39,012 nucleotides of DNA, taken from positions 2,270 through 41,281 of the forward strand of contig CAYVQO010000001.1 of the NCBI GenBank assembly GCA_964452835.1, read 5' to 3'. Made by a program: the position numbers and the translations under genes. Source of the DNA: an uncultured Sphingorhabdus sp. (GTDB lineage Bacteria; Pseudomonadota; Alphaproteobacteria; Sphingomonadales; Sphingomonadaceae). Within the stretch, counting starts at the first letter, position 1, and the number at the start of each line of letters is the position of its first letter. Shown here piece by piece: positions 1 to 9,799 of this stretch. Under the pieces are notes generated by a model that saw nothing but the letters and a program-made list of their open reading frames with translations, searched no databases and had not been told where the DNA came from.

Positions 1-461
1 GCTTTGGCTTTTTCCAGTCAAAACCCGCGAGTGCCTTCTCGCCGGTATTTGTGACCCCTGCGGCTTTGGGTGATCGTTGGGACGGGGGGAAACTGCATGG
101 GGCGCTTTGTGTTGACCTGAATGGGGCGCCGCTTGGCCGGGCTGACGCGGGCGTCGATATGACCTTTGATTTCGGCCAGTTGATTGCCCATGCGGCAAAG
201 ACACGCAATTTGGGGGCGGGAACGATCATCGGCTCCGGCACTGTGTCAAACCGCGATGCCGACGGTGGCCCTGGCAAACCAATCAGCGAAAGTGGGCTTG
301 GCTATAGCTGTCTTGCGGAAGTGCGGACTGTGGAAACCATCCAGCGGGGCAAGCCCGAAACGCCGTTCATGAAACCCGGCGATACCGTGCGCATCTGGAT
401 GGATGACGAGCGCCACCATCCGATCTTTGGTGTGATCGAGCAGGACGTAGTGGCGGCCTGA
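1..461 (+). CDS. Fumarylacetoacetate hydrolase family protein (5'-truncated by window edge)
   Basis: The frame is open from the window start (FGFFQSKPASAFSPVFVTP...). MTFDFGQLIAHAAKTR, GTIIGSGTVSN and FMKPGDTVRI are typical of the FAH C-terminal domain. Confidence 0.85.
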   Translation, partial: FGFFQSKPASAFSPVFVTPAALGDRWDGGKLHGALCVDLNGAPLGRADAGVDMTFDFGQLIAHAAKTRNLGAGTIIGSGTVSNRDADGGPGKPISESGLGYSCLAEVRTVETIQRGKPETPFMKPGDTVRIWMDDERHHPIFGVIEQDVVAA

Positions 462-476
462 GCCGCCACCAGATCT

Positions 477-1478
477 TTACTGCTTGGAGAAAGCGTCCGC
501 GATTGAACAGGCCGCCGGGCCAAGGATGACGATAAACAGCGTCGGCAGAATGAACAGGATCAACGGGATCGTCATGATCGCGGGCAGGCGCGCGGCCTTT
601 TCCTCCGCACGCATCATGCGTTCGTTACGGAATTCCGCTGAAAGCACGCGCAGCGCTGAGGCAAGCGGCGTACCATATTTCTCCGTCTGGATCATGGTGG
701 TCACCACGCCGCGAACCGATTCCAGAGCCACGCGATAGGCCAGATTTTCAAAGGCCATGCGCCGCTCGGTCAGGAAGCCCAGCTCAATCGCGGTCAGGGC
801 AAATTCATCGCCCAGTTCCGGGAAGCCACGTCCCAATTCTTTTGCCACGCGGTTGAAAGCGGAGTCGACAGTGAGACCGGCTTCGGCACAGATCACCAGA
901 AGATCAAGCGCATCGGGAAGGCCCTTGCGGATCGCATCGGTGCGTTTTGTGATCATATTTTGCAGATAAATGTCGGCAGCTTTATAGCCCAATATGGTCA
1001 AGCCGGCGAATACCGCAAATTTCTTGAGCGGGGTCCAGTCGGCAAGCCCACCCAGCCCGTAAATCCACAAGGCCGCACCACCACCCAGGATGATCGGGCC
1101 GACAAGTCGGCTGAAGATGATGATAACAGCCAGTTCCTTGCGGCGGATGCCGGCCTGCGCCAGCTTCTGCTGGGCGACCTTGATCTGATCGTCCTGCAAA
1201 ACCTTCATTGACGACAGCCAGCCGCGCATCTTGTCGGTCGTGTCCGTGTTGCGGACCAGCTTTGCCCGCTTCTTTGCGGTCGAGGCGGTAATGCCCGCCT
1301 TTAGCTGCTCGCGCCGCTCAACCAGCGCCTTGACGCGCTTGGCCATGGGATCGCGGACGGTGACGGCTGCATAAAGCGCCAGCAGCACCGCACCAGTGGC
1401 AACGGCAGCCAGCAGCGTTGCGACCCAGAAAACGTCGACGCCGAGAAGCTGCGGGCCGGTAGTTGTCAAGAAAAGCAT
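477..1478 (-). CDS. tadC: Tad pilus inner-membrane platform protein TadC (T2SS F family)
   Basis: LPDALDLLVICAEAGL, EKYGTPLASALRVLSAEFRNERMMRAEEKAARLP; last gene of the cpa/tad cluster. Confidence 0.93.
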   Translation of the reverse strand: MLFLTTTGPQLLGVDVFWVATLLAAVATGAVLLALYAAVTVRDPMAKRVKALVERREQLKAGITASTAKKRAKLVRNTDTTDKMRGWLSSMKVLQDDQIKVAQQKLAQAGIRRKELAVIIIFSRLVGPIILGGGAALWIYGLGGLADWTPLKKFAVFAGLTILGYKAADIYLQNMITKRTDAIRKGLPDALDLLVICAEAGLTVDSAFNRVAKELGRGFPELGDEFALTAIELGFLTERRMAFENLAYRVALESVRGVVTTMIQTEKYGTPLASALRVLSAEFRNERMMRAEEKAARLPAIMTIPLILFILPTLFIVILGPAACSIADAFSKQ

Positions 1479-1490
1479 GCCGATCCCGCC

Positions 1491-2453
1491 TTAGATTTCA
1501 AAGTTGACCATTTTGGCCATGATGAATGCGCCAGCGCTCATCCACACAGCACCAACCATGCCCGCAATCATCAGCCGCGGCTCATAGAAAAAGCCCGAAA
1601 GATAGCCTGGGTTCACATTCCACACGAGGAAGAATACGACGAAGGGCAGCGAACCGACGATATAGGCCGATGCCTTCGATTCAGAGGACATAGCCCTGAT
1701 CTTCAGCTTCATCTGCGCACGTTTGCGCAACACGTCGGCCAGGTTGCTGAGCGTTTCCGCCAGATTGCCACCAGTCTCACGCTGAATGGCAAGGGTGATG
1801 ACGAAGAACTGAAATTCAGGCGTGCCCAGTCGGTCTGCCGTATCCTGCAGCGCATCCTCCATGGTCTTACCAATTTTGATCTTTTCCGTGACCATCTTGA
1901 ATTCTTCGCCCACGGGTCCCGGTATTTCCTTGGAAACGACATTCAGCGTTTCGGCCACGGGCAGGCCTGATTTCAGGCCGCGCACCAGCAGTTCAATGGC
2001 GTCAGGAAAATTGCTCGTGAAATGCTTGATCCGCCGGTTGATCAAAAAGCCAACTGCGAAATGCGGCAGGCCCAGCCCGGAAAAGGCGCCCAGTGCAATG
2101 GCCAGATAGGAGGGCGCTCCGCGGATAAGGAGCAAAGCCGCAACCACCACACCGATACCCACAGAGGCGTAGAAATATTGCTGCAAAGTCCACTTCTTGC
2201 CGGTTTTGGCGAGACGCAGGCGCAGCCGATCTGTCCGGCTCATTTCGGTGCCGCCGCTGAAGGACAGCGGTTTGCGCTGGGCAATGGCCTTGCGCATTTG
2301 CTGTTCGACCTGTGCAGTTGCACTATCGGAATGGCGCAGCTTGAAACCGTTCAGCCGCCGTGCAGTGGCCCGCGCCGTGCTCGGCGAAAGCAGGATATAT
2401 CCCATCGCGGCAAGAACCAATGCTGCGCTGAATATGTATAACATCAACTGCAT
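1491..2453 (-). CDS. tadB: Tad pilus inner-membrane platform protein TadB
   Basis: FPDAIELLVRGLKSGLP, IQRETGGNLAETLSNL, KIRAMSSE; directly upstream of tadC. Confidence 0.93.
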   Translation of the reverse strand: MQLMLYIFSAALVLAAMGYILLSPSTARATARRLNGFKLRHSDSATAQVEQQMRKAIAQRKPLSFSGGTEMSRTDRLRLRLAKTGKKWTLQQYFYASVGIGVVVAALLLIRGAPSYLAIALGAFSGLGLPHFAVGFLINRRIKHFTSNFPDAIELLVRGLKSGLPVAETLNVVSKEIPGPVGEEFKMVTEKIKIGKTMEDALQDTADRLGTPEFQFFVITLAIQRETGGNLAETLSNLADVLRKRAQMKLKIRAMSSESKASAYIVGSLPFVVFFLVWNVNPGYLSGFFYEPRLMIAGMVGAVWMSAGAFIMAKMVNFEI

Positions 2454-2516
2454 ATCACGCCATCACATTCCATTGCGAAAGATGGGCAGGGCGACTCCTT
2501 AAAGCCGCCATCCCGC

Positions 2517-3794
2517 TTATTTCTGCTTCTTGCTCAGCATGGACTTCAATCCGCCCATCATCGACTTCTTGGTTTTTTCGCCAGCCGGTGCCGGACCTGG
2601 ACCTTGGTCATCCGTTGCCGGAACGCCCGTTGTCTGTGCCAGTTCACCAAGCGACACTACGCCAGCGGCCAATTTGCTACCGCGTGCGCCTTCAACCATC
2701 GGCTTGCCCAGCTTGGCTGCCTGCGAAGTCGCTTTTGGATCATAAGGCAGCACCAGATCGACCTTACGTTCGATTGAACCTTCAAAATCCTTGCGCGTCA
2801 CCTCGGCAGTCGCCTGCACCTTGTTGGCAACAACAATCGGCGTGCAATGCTGCGCGTTGGAACGCAGCCAGGCGAGCAGGCGAATGGTATCGCGAGCCGA
2901 GGCCAGCGTCATCTCACACACAATCACCACGACATTCACGTCGCGCATCAGATTGGGATAGGCGATCAACATGCTGCGCGGCAGATCGATCACGGTGTTT
3001 TCAAACGCGGCACGGAATTCTTCCTGCAATTGGAAGAATGCGGCCCCATCGGTCAGGATCGGGCTGGCGATGGAGGCCTCTGCCGACAATATCGACAGCT
3101 TCTCATTCGCCTTGATCATGGCGCGTTCGATAAACAGACCGTCGATACGGCTGGGGTTATCGATCGCGTCGGTCAGGCCGCGGCCCGGTTCCAGATCCAG
3201 CGCCAGCGCGCCGGTGCCGAAATGAACGTCCAGATCGAGCAGGCCAGTCAGATGGCCCATCTTTTCGGAATAGAGCCAGGCGAGCGAGGTCGCGATTGTT
3301 GACGCGCCCACGCCGCCACGCGTGCCGATCACGGCCAGCGACATATGCGGCTTGTCCCGCACGCCGTCATCATGCTTGGGCGCATTCAATATCGCCTGTG
3401 CATGAGAAATGGCATCGCGCAACGCATCCGGGCTTACCGGCTTCAACAGATAGTCCTGAAGGCCGGACAGCATCAGATCACGATAAAGGCGAACATCATT
3501 CACCTGTCCCATCGCAATCACGATGGTGCCGGGTTCGCAAACCTCGGCCAGGCTGTTGATGTCGCTGATCGGATCGCCGGATTCGGACAGATCAACCAGC
3601 AGGATTTGCGGGCTCGCCGAAACCGAAAGCGACTGCACGGCATTGCGCAAGCCACCCTTGTTGGCCTTTTCCTGTTGCCAGCCCATTTCGTCACAGACGG
3701 AACGGACGACGTCCAAAGTCAGGTCATCGCACACATAGGCGCTAAACGGATCGCGGTTGCCGGCCACGCTGCTTTTCCAAGGCGCATTCATCAA
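2517..3794 (-). CDS. cpaE: Pilus assembly protein CpaE/TadZ (receiver-like domain plus degenerate MinD/ParA ATPase)
   Basis: N-terminal receiver-like region (ILLVDLSE...DYLLKP), degenerate Walker A GTRGGVGAST, and LLDLDVHFGT. Confidence 0.9.
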   Translation of the reverse strand: MMNAPWKSSVAGNRDPFSAYVCDDLTLDVVRSVCDEMGWQQEKANKGGLRNAVQSLSVSASPQILLVDLSESGDPISDINSLAEVCEPGTIVIAMGQVNDVRLYRDLMLSGLQDYLLKPVSPDALRDAISHAQAILNAPKHDDGVRDKPHMSLAVIGTRGGVGASTIATSLAWLYSEKMGHLTGLLDLDVHFGTGALALDLEPGRGLTDAIDNPSRIDGLFIERAMIKANEKLSILSAEASIASPILTDGAAFFQLQEEFRAAFENTVIDLPRSMLIAYPNLMRDVNVVVIVCEMTLASARDTIRLLAWLRSNAQHCTPIVVANKVQATAEVTRKDFEGSIERKVDLVLPYDPKATSQAAKLGKPMVEGARGSKLAAGVVSLGELAQTTGVPATDDQGPGPAPAGEKTKKSMMGGLKSMLSKKQK

Positions 3795-4381
3795 TTATCT
3801 CCCTGCTGCGGCGGACGGCCAGCGCCCATATCCTTGCGGATCGTCGATTTGCGACCGCGGACAAGGTCTTCCGGATCAGCGACCATCGCCGCCAGATTGC
3901 CGTTTACGGCGCAACCATAATTGGGGTGAGTGCCCGAATTATAGTTGGATTCGGTGGTTTTCGACCAGTTCGGGCAATTGGGAACCGTGGCAACCGAGCG
4001 CGTGACAACGATGCGGGCTGTGCCGGGAACGACATTGCCAGCTGTGACTGGAGCGGTTTCTTCAACCGTCATGCCGTGAAGAGCCGCAAGCTTGACGACG
4101 TCCTCTTTTGCAGCAGCGCTGGGCACGCCATCGCCATAGTCGATCGATATACGGTCGCCAAAGCCGAGATCAAGCGCGTCGAACCATTCGGACAAACGGC
4201 CTTCTTCAATCGCCGAGATCCCTGAATAACCATCGATGTTCACGTCCATGGCATAGTTGGAGCGCTCTACCACGGGCTGGTTCACCGAATAAACCGATGG
4301 ATTGGCCGAGGTTGCACCCATTCCGGCGCACCCTGCCAGGGTGAAGGCCAATGTTGCTGCCATCAATATCTTTGCACGCAT
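3791..4381 (-). CDS. cpaD: Pilus assembly lipoprotein CpaD
   Basis: Lipobox LAGC; C-terminal CPNWS...NYGCAVNGNLAAMVADPEDLVRG motif; sits between cpaC and cpaE. Confidence 0.9.
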   Translation of the reverse strand: MRAKILMAATLAFTLAGCAGMGATSANPSVYSVNQPVVERSNYAMDVNIDGYSGISAIEEGRLSEWFDALDLGFGDRISIDYGDGVPSAAAKEDVVKLAALHGMTVEETAPVTAGNVVPGTARIVVTRSVATVPNCPNWSKTTESNYNSGTHPNYGCAVNGNLAAMVADPEDLVRGRKSTIRKDMGAGRPPQQGDN

Positions 4382-4403
4382 CGTCGTTCTCCTGTCAGGT
4401 CAA

Positions 4404-6062
4404 TCATTCAAAGCTGAAGCCGGGAGCAGAACCATCGCTGGCGCTGGCCGTCTTCGTTTCTTTTGTCTTCTTCTTGCTAGCCTGTTTCTTGGAAACAGGG
4501 GCTGGCGCTTCGCTTACGGCTCCAAAATCCGGACCGGCAGGCGCATCGGGCGCAACCGTCGGCGCGGGCCGTTCCTGCACGCCATCATTGCTTGCCTGCT
4601 TGTTGAGCAGGATGCGCTCCAGATCATTTGGCGAGTTGAACCCGTCGGTCGGAAGCTTGATCTGATCCTCGGACACCGGCTTCACCAGATAGGGGGTGAT
4701 CACGATGACGAGCTCAGTCTCATTCTTCTTCCAGCCATTTGATTTGAACAGCTGACCAAGGATTGGCACATCGCCAATGCCCGGGATCTTGTCGACCGAA
4801 CTGCTCTGCGAGTTGGAGAGCAGGCCGCCAATCATCATGCTCTGGCCAGAGCCAAGCTCAACAGTCGTCTCCGCCATGCGCGTTGTGACTGCGGGAACCT
4901 CAAAGCCGTTAATGCGCAGTGCGCCTTGCGACGAGATGTCCGATACTTCCGGGCGGACGCGCAGCCGGATGCGGCCGTCCGAAAGCACAACCGGCGTATA
5001 TTGCAGGCTGACCCCGAAATCGCGGAATTCAACGGCAGTGGCACCCAGACCCGCCGATGAGGGGATCGGGAACTGGCCGCCGGCAAGGAATTCGGCAGTT
5101 TCGCCAGACAAGGTCGTCAGATTGGGCTGCGCCAGCGTGGTTGAAAGACCGGCGCGCTCGGCCAAGTCAAAGGCTGCGCCGACATCAAGGCCGAACAGGC
5201 GACCCGCCATGTTGATGACGCTGCTGCCATTGGCATTGTTAAAGGTATATTGTGTGCCACCCGTCACGAACTGACCGGTTGCCGGGTCGAAGGGCAAGGA
5301 CAGCGAGCCTGCTGGCAGGCCGTAATTGGCTGACGCGTCAACAAGCGGGAAACGCGAGGTATCAATATCACCAATGCCAACGCCGCTGCGACCGCGTGAA
5401 ATACCGAACAGAAAGCCGCCGCTCTGGTCGCGGGTCGCCAGGTTGGAGCTGATTTCCTTTGCCAGCGAGCGGCTGACTTCGGCAATCCGCACCTGCAGGT
5501 TCACCTGATAGGGCGTGCCTGTGCGCACCATGTTAATAACCTTGACTTCGCCGCCAACCCTGTTGTTCAGGCCAACCCTGTTGACGTAAAATTCGGCCAG
5601 TTCCTTGGCGACTCCGATTTCATCGGCATTGGCGACAGTACCAGTCAGCAAATAGCCATTAGCCATTGGCGTGATGACGATATCGGAATTGGGCAAAGCA
5701 AGCTTGAAGATTTCCTCAATCGAGTCGACATTGGGCGACACGCGAATTGTCTTCTGGAACACCACTCGGCCCGAGGCGTCGGTTGCCGACACTGTCGTAT
5801 CGCCAGGTTTCTTGCCGAAAATCCAGATCTGGCGCGACGAGCGGACCTGAACATCGGCAATATCAGGATCACCCACAATGACGTCTGAAATTGGCGAGGC
5901 AAGATCAACCTTGGCGGTTTTGCCCGTGGCAAGAATCTGGACCGTGTCGGCAGTTGCTGGATTCTGTGTCAGCTTGGGCGCGGCGAATGCCGGTGCCGAA
6001 ACTGTAGCGATTGAAAGGGTGGCAGCGATGCCAGCGAAGAGAAGTTTTTTGCAGGTCATCAC
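4404..6062 (-). CDS. cpaC: Pilus secretin CpaC/RcpA
   Basis: Signal peptide; N-domain VIVGDPDIADV; secretin motifs QVNLQVRIAEVSR, SGETAEFLAGGQFPIP, KIPGIGDVPILGQLFKS, ETELVIVITPYLV. Confidence 0.95.
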   Translation of the reverse strand: MMTCKKLLFAGIAATLSIATVSAPAFAAPKLTQNPATADTVQILATGKTAKVDLASPISDVIVGDPDIADVQVRSSRQIWIFGKKPGDTTVSATDASGRVVFQKTIRVSPNVDSIEEIFKLALPNSDIVITPMANGYLLTGTVANADEIGVAKELAEFYVNRVGLNNRVGGEVKVINMVRTGTPYQVNLQVRIAEVSRSLAKEISSNLATRDQSGGFLFGISRGRSGVGIGDIDTSRFPLVDASANYGLPAGSLSLPFDPATGQFVTGGTQYTFNNANGSSVINMAGRLFGLDVGAAFDLAERAGLSTTLAQPNLTTLSGETAEFLAGGQFPIPSSAGLGATAVEFRDFGVSLQYTPVVLSDGRIRLRVRPEVSDISSQGALRINGFEVPAVTTRMAETTVELGSGQSMMIGGLLSNSQSSSVDKIPGIGDVPILGQLFKSNGWKKNETELVIVITPYLVKPVSEDQIKLPTDGFNSPNDLERILLNKQASNDGVQERPAPTVAPDAPAGPDFGAVSEAPAPVSKKQASKKKTKETKTASASDGSAPGFSFE

Positions 6063-6064
6063 AA

Positions 6065-7102
6065 TTACCTTTTCAACCGATTGAGTTCGACTTCTTCGGG
6101 ATTTTTGTCTGAGCGGTAGATGCGCACGACTGGGCCACGGGCCTGCTGAGCCGCGATTTGCGACTGCTGCTGAACACGGACGCCTTCGACAGCGCGTTGA
6201 ACCGGTGTGATCGCAGGAACCGAGGTGCGTTGGAAACGCGACACTTCGCCACCGGTGGCATAAGAGCTGGACCCCGCCGTCGGCTGTTTTGACATAGAGG
6301 CAATGATTGCCTGTTCTTCTGCGGCCGTCGCACCCTTGGGCATGGTCAGCTTGCCGCTGGCCAGCGCTTGTTCCAGTTCTGCCTGATTGTCAGCGAGCGA
6401 ACGCAGTGACAGGCTGATAGTGCCAATGGTCATCGCAACCGAGATGCGCTCGGCAATCTGCGGTGTGACTTCCAAAGTCACCATGCGGAAAGGTGCGACA
6501 ATGGTGTTGCCTTTTTCATCAACCGTTTGTGTCGGACGCTGGTCAGTAGCCAGCACGCGAACATTGCGGATGATGGTCTCGGTCGCACGCAGCGGCAGAT
6601 CCTGCTGGATTTGCGATGCAACTTGCTGCGTCAACAGCAGATCAACCCGGTCGCCGGGGAAGACAAAACCGGCAACGCCAGTGATGTCATTCACCTGCAC
6701 GGTAACGGCGCGCATGCCAGGGCCAAGCGCTGCGGCAAGGAAGCCGCGGTCACCGGGGGCGACAAGCGACCCTTGCGTAATCGGCTGTCCGGCTGTCACC
6801 GGATGGCGAACAACGGTACCGATCAGGTCTTTCAGCGGATCTCCTTCGCCTTCACCCTCGATGAAATAGGCCGCTTCGACCAATTCCTTGGGCCAGGGCT
6901 GATAACCGAACGCGTCAGCGGTCAGGATCGTTCCCACCGGCAATGCGCGTTTAGCGACCAGAACCTGTGGTCCAGTCGGCTGCGGAGCCTGTGCAACGGC
7001 TGCAGGCGCGCTGCTGCCGGAAAACATGCTTCGTGCCATGAAGGCTGTGATCGCGGCTATGAGCAGCGCGGCCACCAGCAAAATGACTTTTTTCCTATCC
7101 AT
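6065..7102 (-). CDS. cpaB: Flp pilus assembly protein CpaB/RcpC
   Basis: N-terminal TM segment; SAF domain (VLVAKRALPVG); GMRAVTV, GVAGFVFPGDRVDLLLT and IIRNVRVLATDQ; RBS AGGAGG upstream. Confidence 0.93.
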   Translation of the reverse strand: MDRKKVILLVAALLIAAITAFMARSMFSGSSAPAAVAQAPQPTGPQVLVAKRALPVGTILTADAFGYQPWPKELVEAAYFIEGEGEGDPLKDLIGTVVRHPVTAGQPITQGSLVAPGDRGFLAAALGPGMRAVTVQVNDITGVAGFVFPGDRVDLLLTQQVASQIQQDLPLRATETIIRNVRVLATDQRPTQTVDEKGNTIVAPFRMVTLEVTPQIAERISVAMTIGTISLSLRSLADNQAELEQALASGKLTMPKGATAAEEQAIIASMSKQPTAGSSSYATGGEVSRFQRTSVPAITPVQRAVEGVRVQQQSQIAAQQARGPVVRIYRSDKNPEEVELNRLKR

Positions 7103-7147
7103 GACGAACTAAGCCTCCTGAAAGGTCCCCTGAATTGAGACAGCTAT

Positions 7148-7621
7148 TCATGCAAAATGGTTAAAAATATGTTCACCGGCCACCCAAAGGCCGGCGAGCG
7201 AGATTGCGACGCCATAGGGGATGCGCGGCCTGCCGGGTTGGCGGCGTGCCTTGTGAATCCCCCAGAAAATGATGGTTACTAACGCTCCGATCAACGAAGC
7301 GACGAAGATCAGCCTGATAACCCAGACAAGATTGAACCACAGCGCTAAAGCACTGAAAAGCTTGACATCTCCGCCGCCCATTGCGCCAAAACGGAAAAGA
7401 AGTGCAAAAAAGGCAAAAACAACCAGGCCAATCAGCAGATGAAGGCCGATGCCCACCATCGAAAAATCCCCAACGGCATACCAATATAGGGGGGCGGCAA
7501 GCGCGATGGGCGCAGTTATCATATTGGGAATCAAGCGATAACGGATATCGGTATAGGCTGCGATGAGCAGGCCGATTGCCAAGCCGCCGAGCAAGACGTA
7601 GATGAGGAGCTGTGGGTCCAT
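7148..7621 (-). CDS. cpaA: Prepilin peptidase CpaA/TadV (A24 family)
   Basis: Catalytic motifs TDIRYRLIPN and MGGGDVKL, plus IPYGVAI; hydrophobic throughout. Start placed at the MDPQ ATG (7621); the upstream start at 7642 is less likely. Confidence 0.9.
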   Translation of the reverse strand: MDPQLLIYVLLGGLAIGLLIAAYTDIRYRLIPNMITAPIALAAPLYWYAVGDFSMVGIGLHLLIGLVVFAFFALLFRFGAMGGGDVKLFSALALWFNLVWVIRLIFVASLIGALVTIIFWGIHKARRQPGRPRIPYGVAISLAGLWVAGEHIFNHFA

Positions 7622-7631
7622 TCGGCCCGCG

Positions 7632-7639
7632 TTAACCAT
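7632..7639. promoter_or_regulatory. Putative CtrA half-site TTAACCAT between divergent cpaA and hydrolase genes
   Basis: Exact TTAACCAT in a 40-bp intergenic gap, with a GTAACCAT variant at 7656-7663. CtrA control of pilus genes is established in Caulobacter. Confidence 0.45.
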
Positions 7640-7661
7640 CAAATCTTAGCAAAAGGTAACC

Positions 7662-8618
7662 ATGGCTGCTTCCAAACTGCCATTTGATCGTCGCGCTATT
7701 CCGGCCAGTGCTACTGAATCGCGCTGGATTGCAGCGGATGGCTGGTCGCTGCGCCGGATTGACTGGGCCATGCCCGATCCGCCGCGAGGGTCATTGCTGT
7801 TTCTGCCCGGGCGCGGGGATCATTATGAAAAATATCTGGAAACGCTCGATGATCTGGCGCGTGACGGCTGGCGCGTTACGGCAATTGATTGGCGCGGGCA
7901 GGGCGGATCGGGGAGGCAATTGGACAACCCGCATATCGGCCATATTGATGATTTTTCCACATGGATTGCCGATCTGAAAGCCTTTTGGACGGTCTGGAAG
8001 GCGGAGGCGCCGGGACCGCATGTTATATTGGCGCACAGCATGGGCGGCCATTTGCTGATGCGAGCGCTGGCCGAGAAAGCGGTTGATCCGGTGGCGGTTG
8101 CCATGTCTGCGCCAATGCTGGGTATTCAGACGATGGGCCTGCCCTATGTGGCGCACCATGCCGTCGCACGGATCCTGGCCAATTTAGGCGATCCGGAGCG
8201 GGCGGCGTGGAAAGAGGGAGAGAAGCCGGGGGCGCCGCTCAATGTCCGTAACCGCATATTGACTCATGATGATGATCGTTATGCCGATGAGCTGTTCTGG
8301 TGGCAGACAAGGCCGGAGGTCAAGCTAGGGCCGCCGAGCTGGCACTGGGTAGAACGGGCCATTGCCTCTACGCGGATGCTGAATACGCCGGGCGTGCTGG
8401 AGGCGATTACAACGCCGGTGCTATTGATGGCGACGACCGCAGACCGGCTGGTCGATACCAAAAGGATCGTCCGCGATGCCAAAAGGCTGCCCAAGGCGGA
8501 TTTGCTGCTATTCGGCAACGAAGCAGCGCATGAGCTGCTGCGTGAGGCCGATCCTGTCCGTGATCGTTGCATGGCGGCCATTGCTGCCTTTTTTGACAAG
8601 TACGCACCAAGGCTCTGA
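7662..8618 (+). CDS. Alpha/beta hydrolase, lysophospholipase L2 (PldB)-like
   Basis: PGRGDHYEKY, DWRGQGGSGR, nucleophile elbow AHSMGG, and C-terminal HELLRE. Confidence 0.88.
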   Translation: MAASKLPFDRRAIPASATESRWIAADGWSLRRIDWAMPDPPRGSLLFLPGRGDHYEKYLETLDDLARDGWRVTAIDWRGQGGSGRQLDNPHIGHIDDFSTWIADLKAFWTVWKAEAPGPHVILAHSMGGHLLMRALAEKAVDPVAVAMSAPMLGIQTMGLPYVAHHAVARILANLGDPERAAWKEGEKPGAPLNVRNRILTHDDDRYADELFWWQTRPEVKLGPPSWHWVERAIASTRMLNTPGVLEAITTPVLLMATTADRLVDTKRIVRDAKRLPKADLLLFGNEAAHELLREADPVRDRCMAAIAAFFDKYAPRL

Positions 8619-9724
8619 TGATCTTCGATATCGCCATTGTCGGCGCAGGGATTGCCGGGGCCAGCCTGGCTGCGGAAATTGGCACCGAGAAATCGGTGCT
8701 GGTGCTGGAGCAGGAAAGTCTGCCAGGCTATCATTCGACAGGACGATCTGCCGCCTTTTGGAGCGAAACCTATGGCGGACCGGATATTCAGCCGCTGACC
8801 AGCGCTTCGGGGCCATTTCTAAACGAACCGCCAGCCGATTTTGCTGACCGGCCGCTGATGGCGCGGCGCGGTGCGCTGCATTTGGGGCAGGCCGGGGATG
8901 CTAGCGCGGCTGCTCAGATGCTGGCCGAATTCGGGCAGAGCGGGGTGAGGCTGGACCAATTGCAGCAGGAAGAGATTGGCGGCCATGTGCGCGGACTGCA
9001 CTCTGGCTGGAACCAAGCCCTGTGGGAACCCGACTGCTGCGACATTGATGTGGCTGCGCTGCACGCAGCCTATCTGAAACGCGCCAGGAAAAGTGGCGCG
9101 CAGCTGGTGTGCAACGCCCCGCTAAAGATTGCGCGGCCTGGCCCGGATTATTGGACAATAGAGGCTGGTGGGCAGCATTTTTCGGCCCGCATATTGGTGA
9201 ATGCTGCAGGAGCTTGGGCGGACCATGTGGCACTAAACTGTGGGGTGGACCCTATCGGTATCCAACCCTTTCGGCGCACGGTGGTGCAATTGGCAGTTGA
9301 CCCGCCTGCGCCTGCAACATTGCCTTTGGTCGTTGGGCTGGACGGCAGCTTTTATTTCAAGCCAGAGGCAGGCGGCCGAATCTGGCTGAGCCCGCACGAT
9401 GAAATCGCGTCCGAACCCTGTGATACTGCGCCTGAAGAACTGGACATTGCCCGGGCGATAGACCGGTTCCAGCAGGTGGTGGACTGGAAAATCATGCGGC
9501 TAGAGCGCAAATGGGCGGGCTTGCGCAGTTTTGCACCTGACCGGCTGCCGGTTATTGGTCCTGATCCCGACAATGGCAAATTTTTCTGGCTGGCAGGGCA
9601 GGGCGGCTTTGGCATCCAGACGGCACCTGCGGTGGCGATGCTTGCCGCTTCTATGTTGCTGGACAGGCCCAATCCGTTGTCAGCCATAGTGGCTGATCGT
9701 TATGCGCCCAGCCGATTCGAATAA
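8618..9724 (+). CDS. FAD-dependent oxidoreductase (DAO/DadA family)
   Basis: GAGIAG Rossmann motif, HSTGRSAA, VNAAGAWAD, WAGLRSFAPDRLPVIG, GQGGFGIQ; start overlaps the upstream stop (TGATG). Confidence 0.88.
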   Translation: MIFDIAIVGAGIAGASLAAEIGTEKSVLVLEQESLPGYHSTGRSAAFWSETYGGPDIQPLTSASGPFLNEPPADFADRPLMARRGALHLGQAGDASAAAQMLAEFGQSGVRLDQLQQEEIGGHVRGLHSGWNQALWEPDCCDIDVAALHAAYLKRARKSGAQLVCNAPLKIARPGPDYWTIEAGGQHFSARILVNAAGAWADHVALNCGVDPIGIQPFRRTVVQLAVDPPAPATLPLVVGLDGSFYFKPEAGGRIWLSPHDEIASEPCDTAPEELDIARAIDRFQQVVDWKIMRLERKWAGLRSFAPDRLPVIGPDPDNGKFFWLAGQGGFGIQTAPAVAMLAASMLLDRPNPLSAIVADRYAPSRFE

Positions 9725-9799
9725 TCCTGTTGCGCCACTGCAAATCCTTGATAGCATGGCATTCTGGCGGTGAATGCCATTGCCTGAAAGGAGACCAGC

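Noticed and set aside
5553-5583. 13-bp direct repeat GCCAACCCTGTTG in cpaC
   Set aside because: In-frame 18-bp-period micro-duplication (NRVGLNNRVG) in a variable linker; not a CRISPR repeat or insertion scar.
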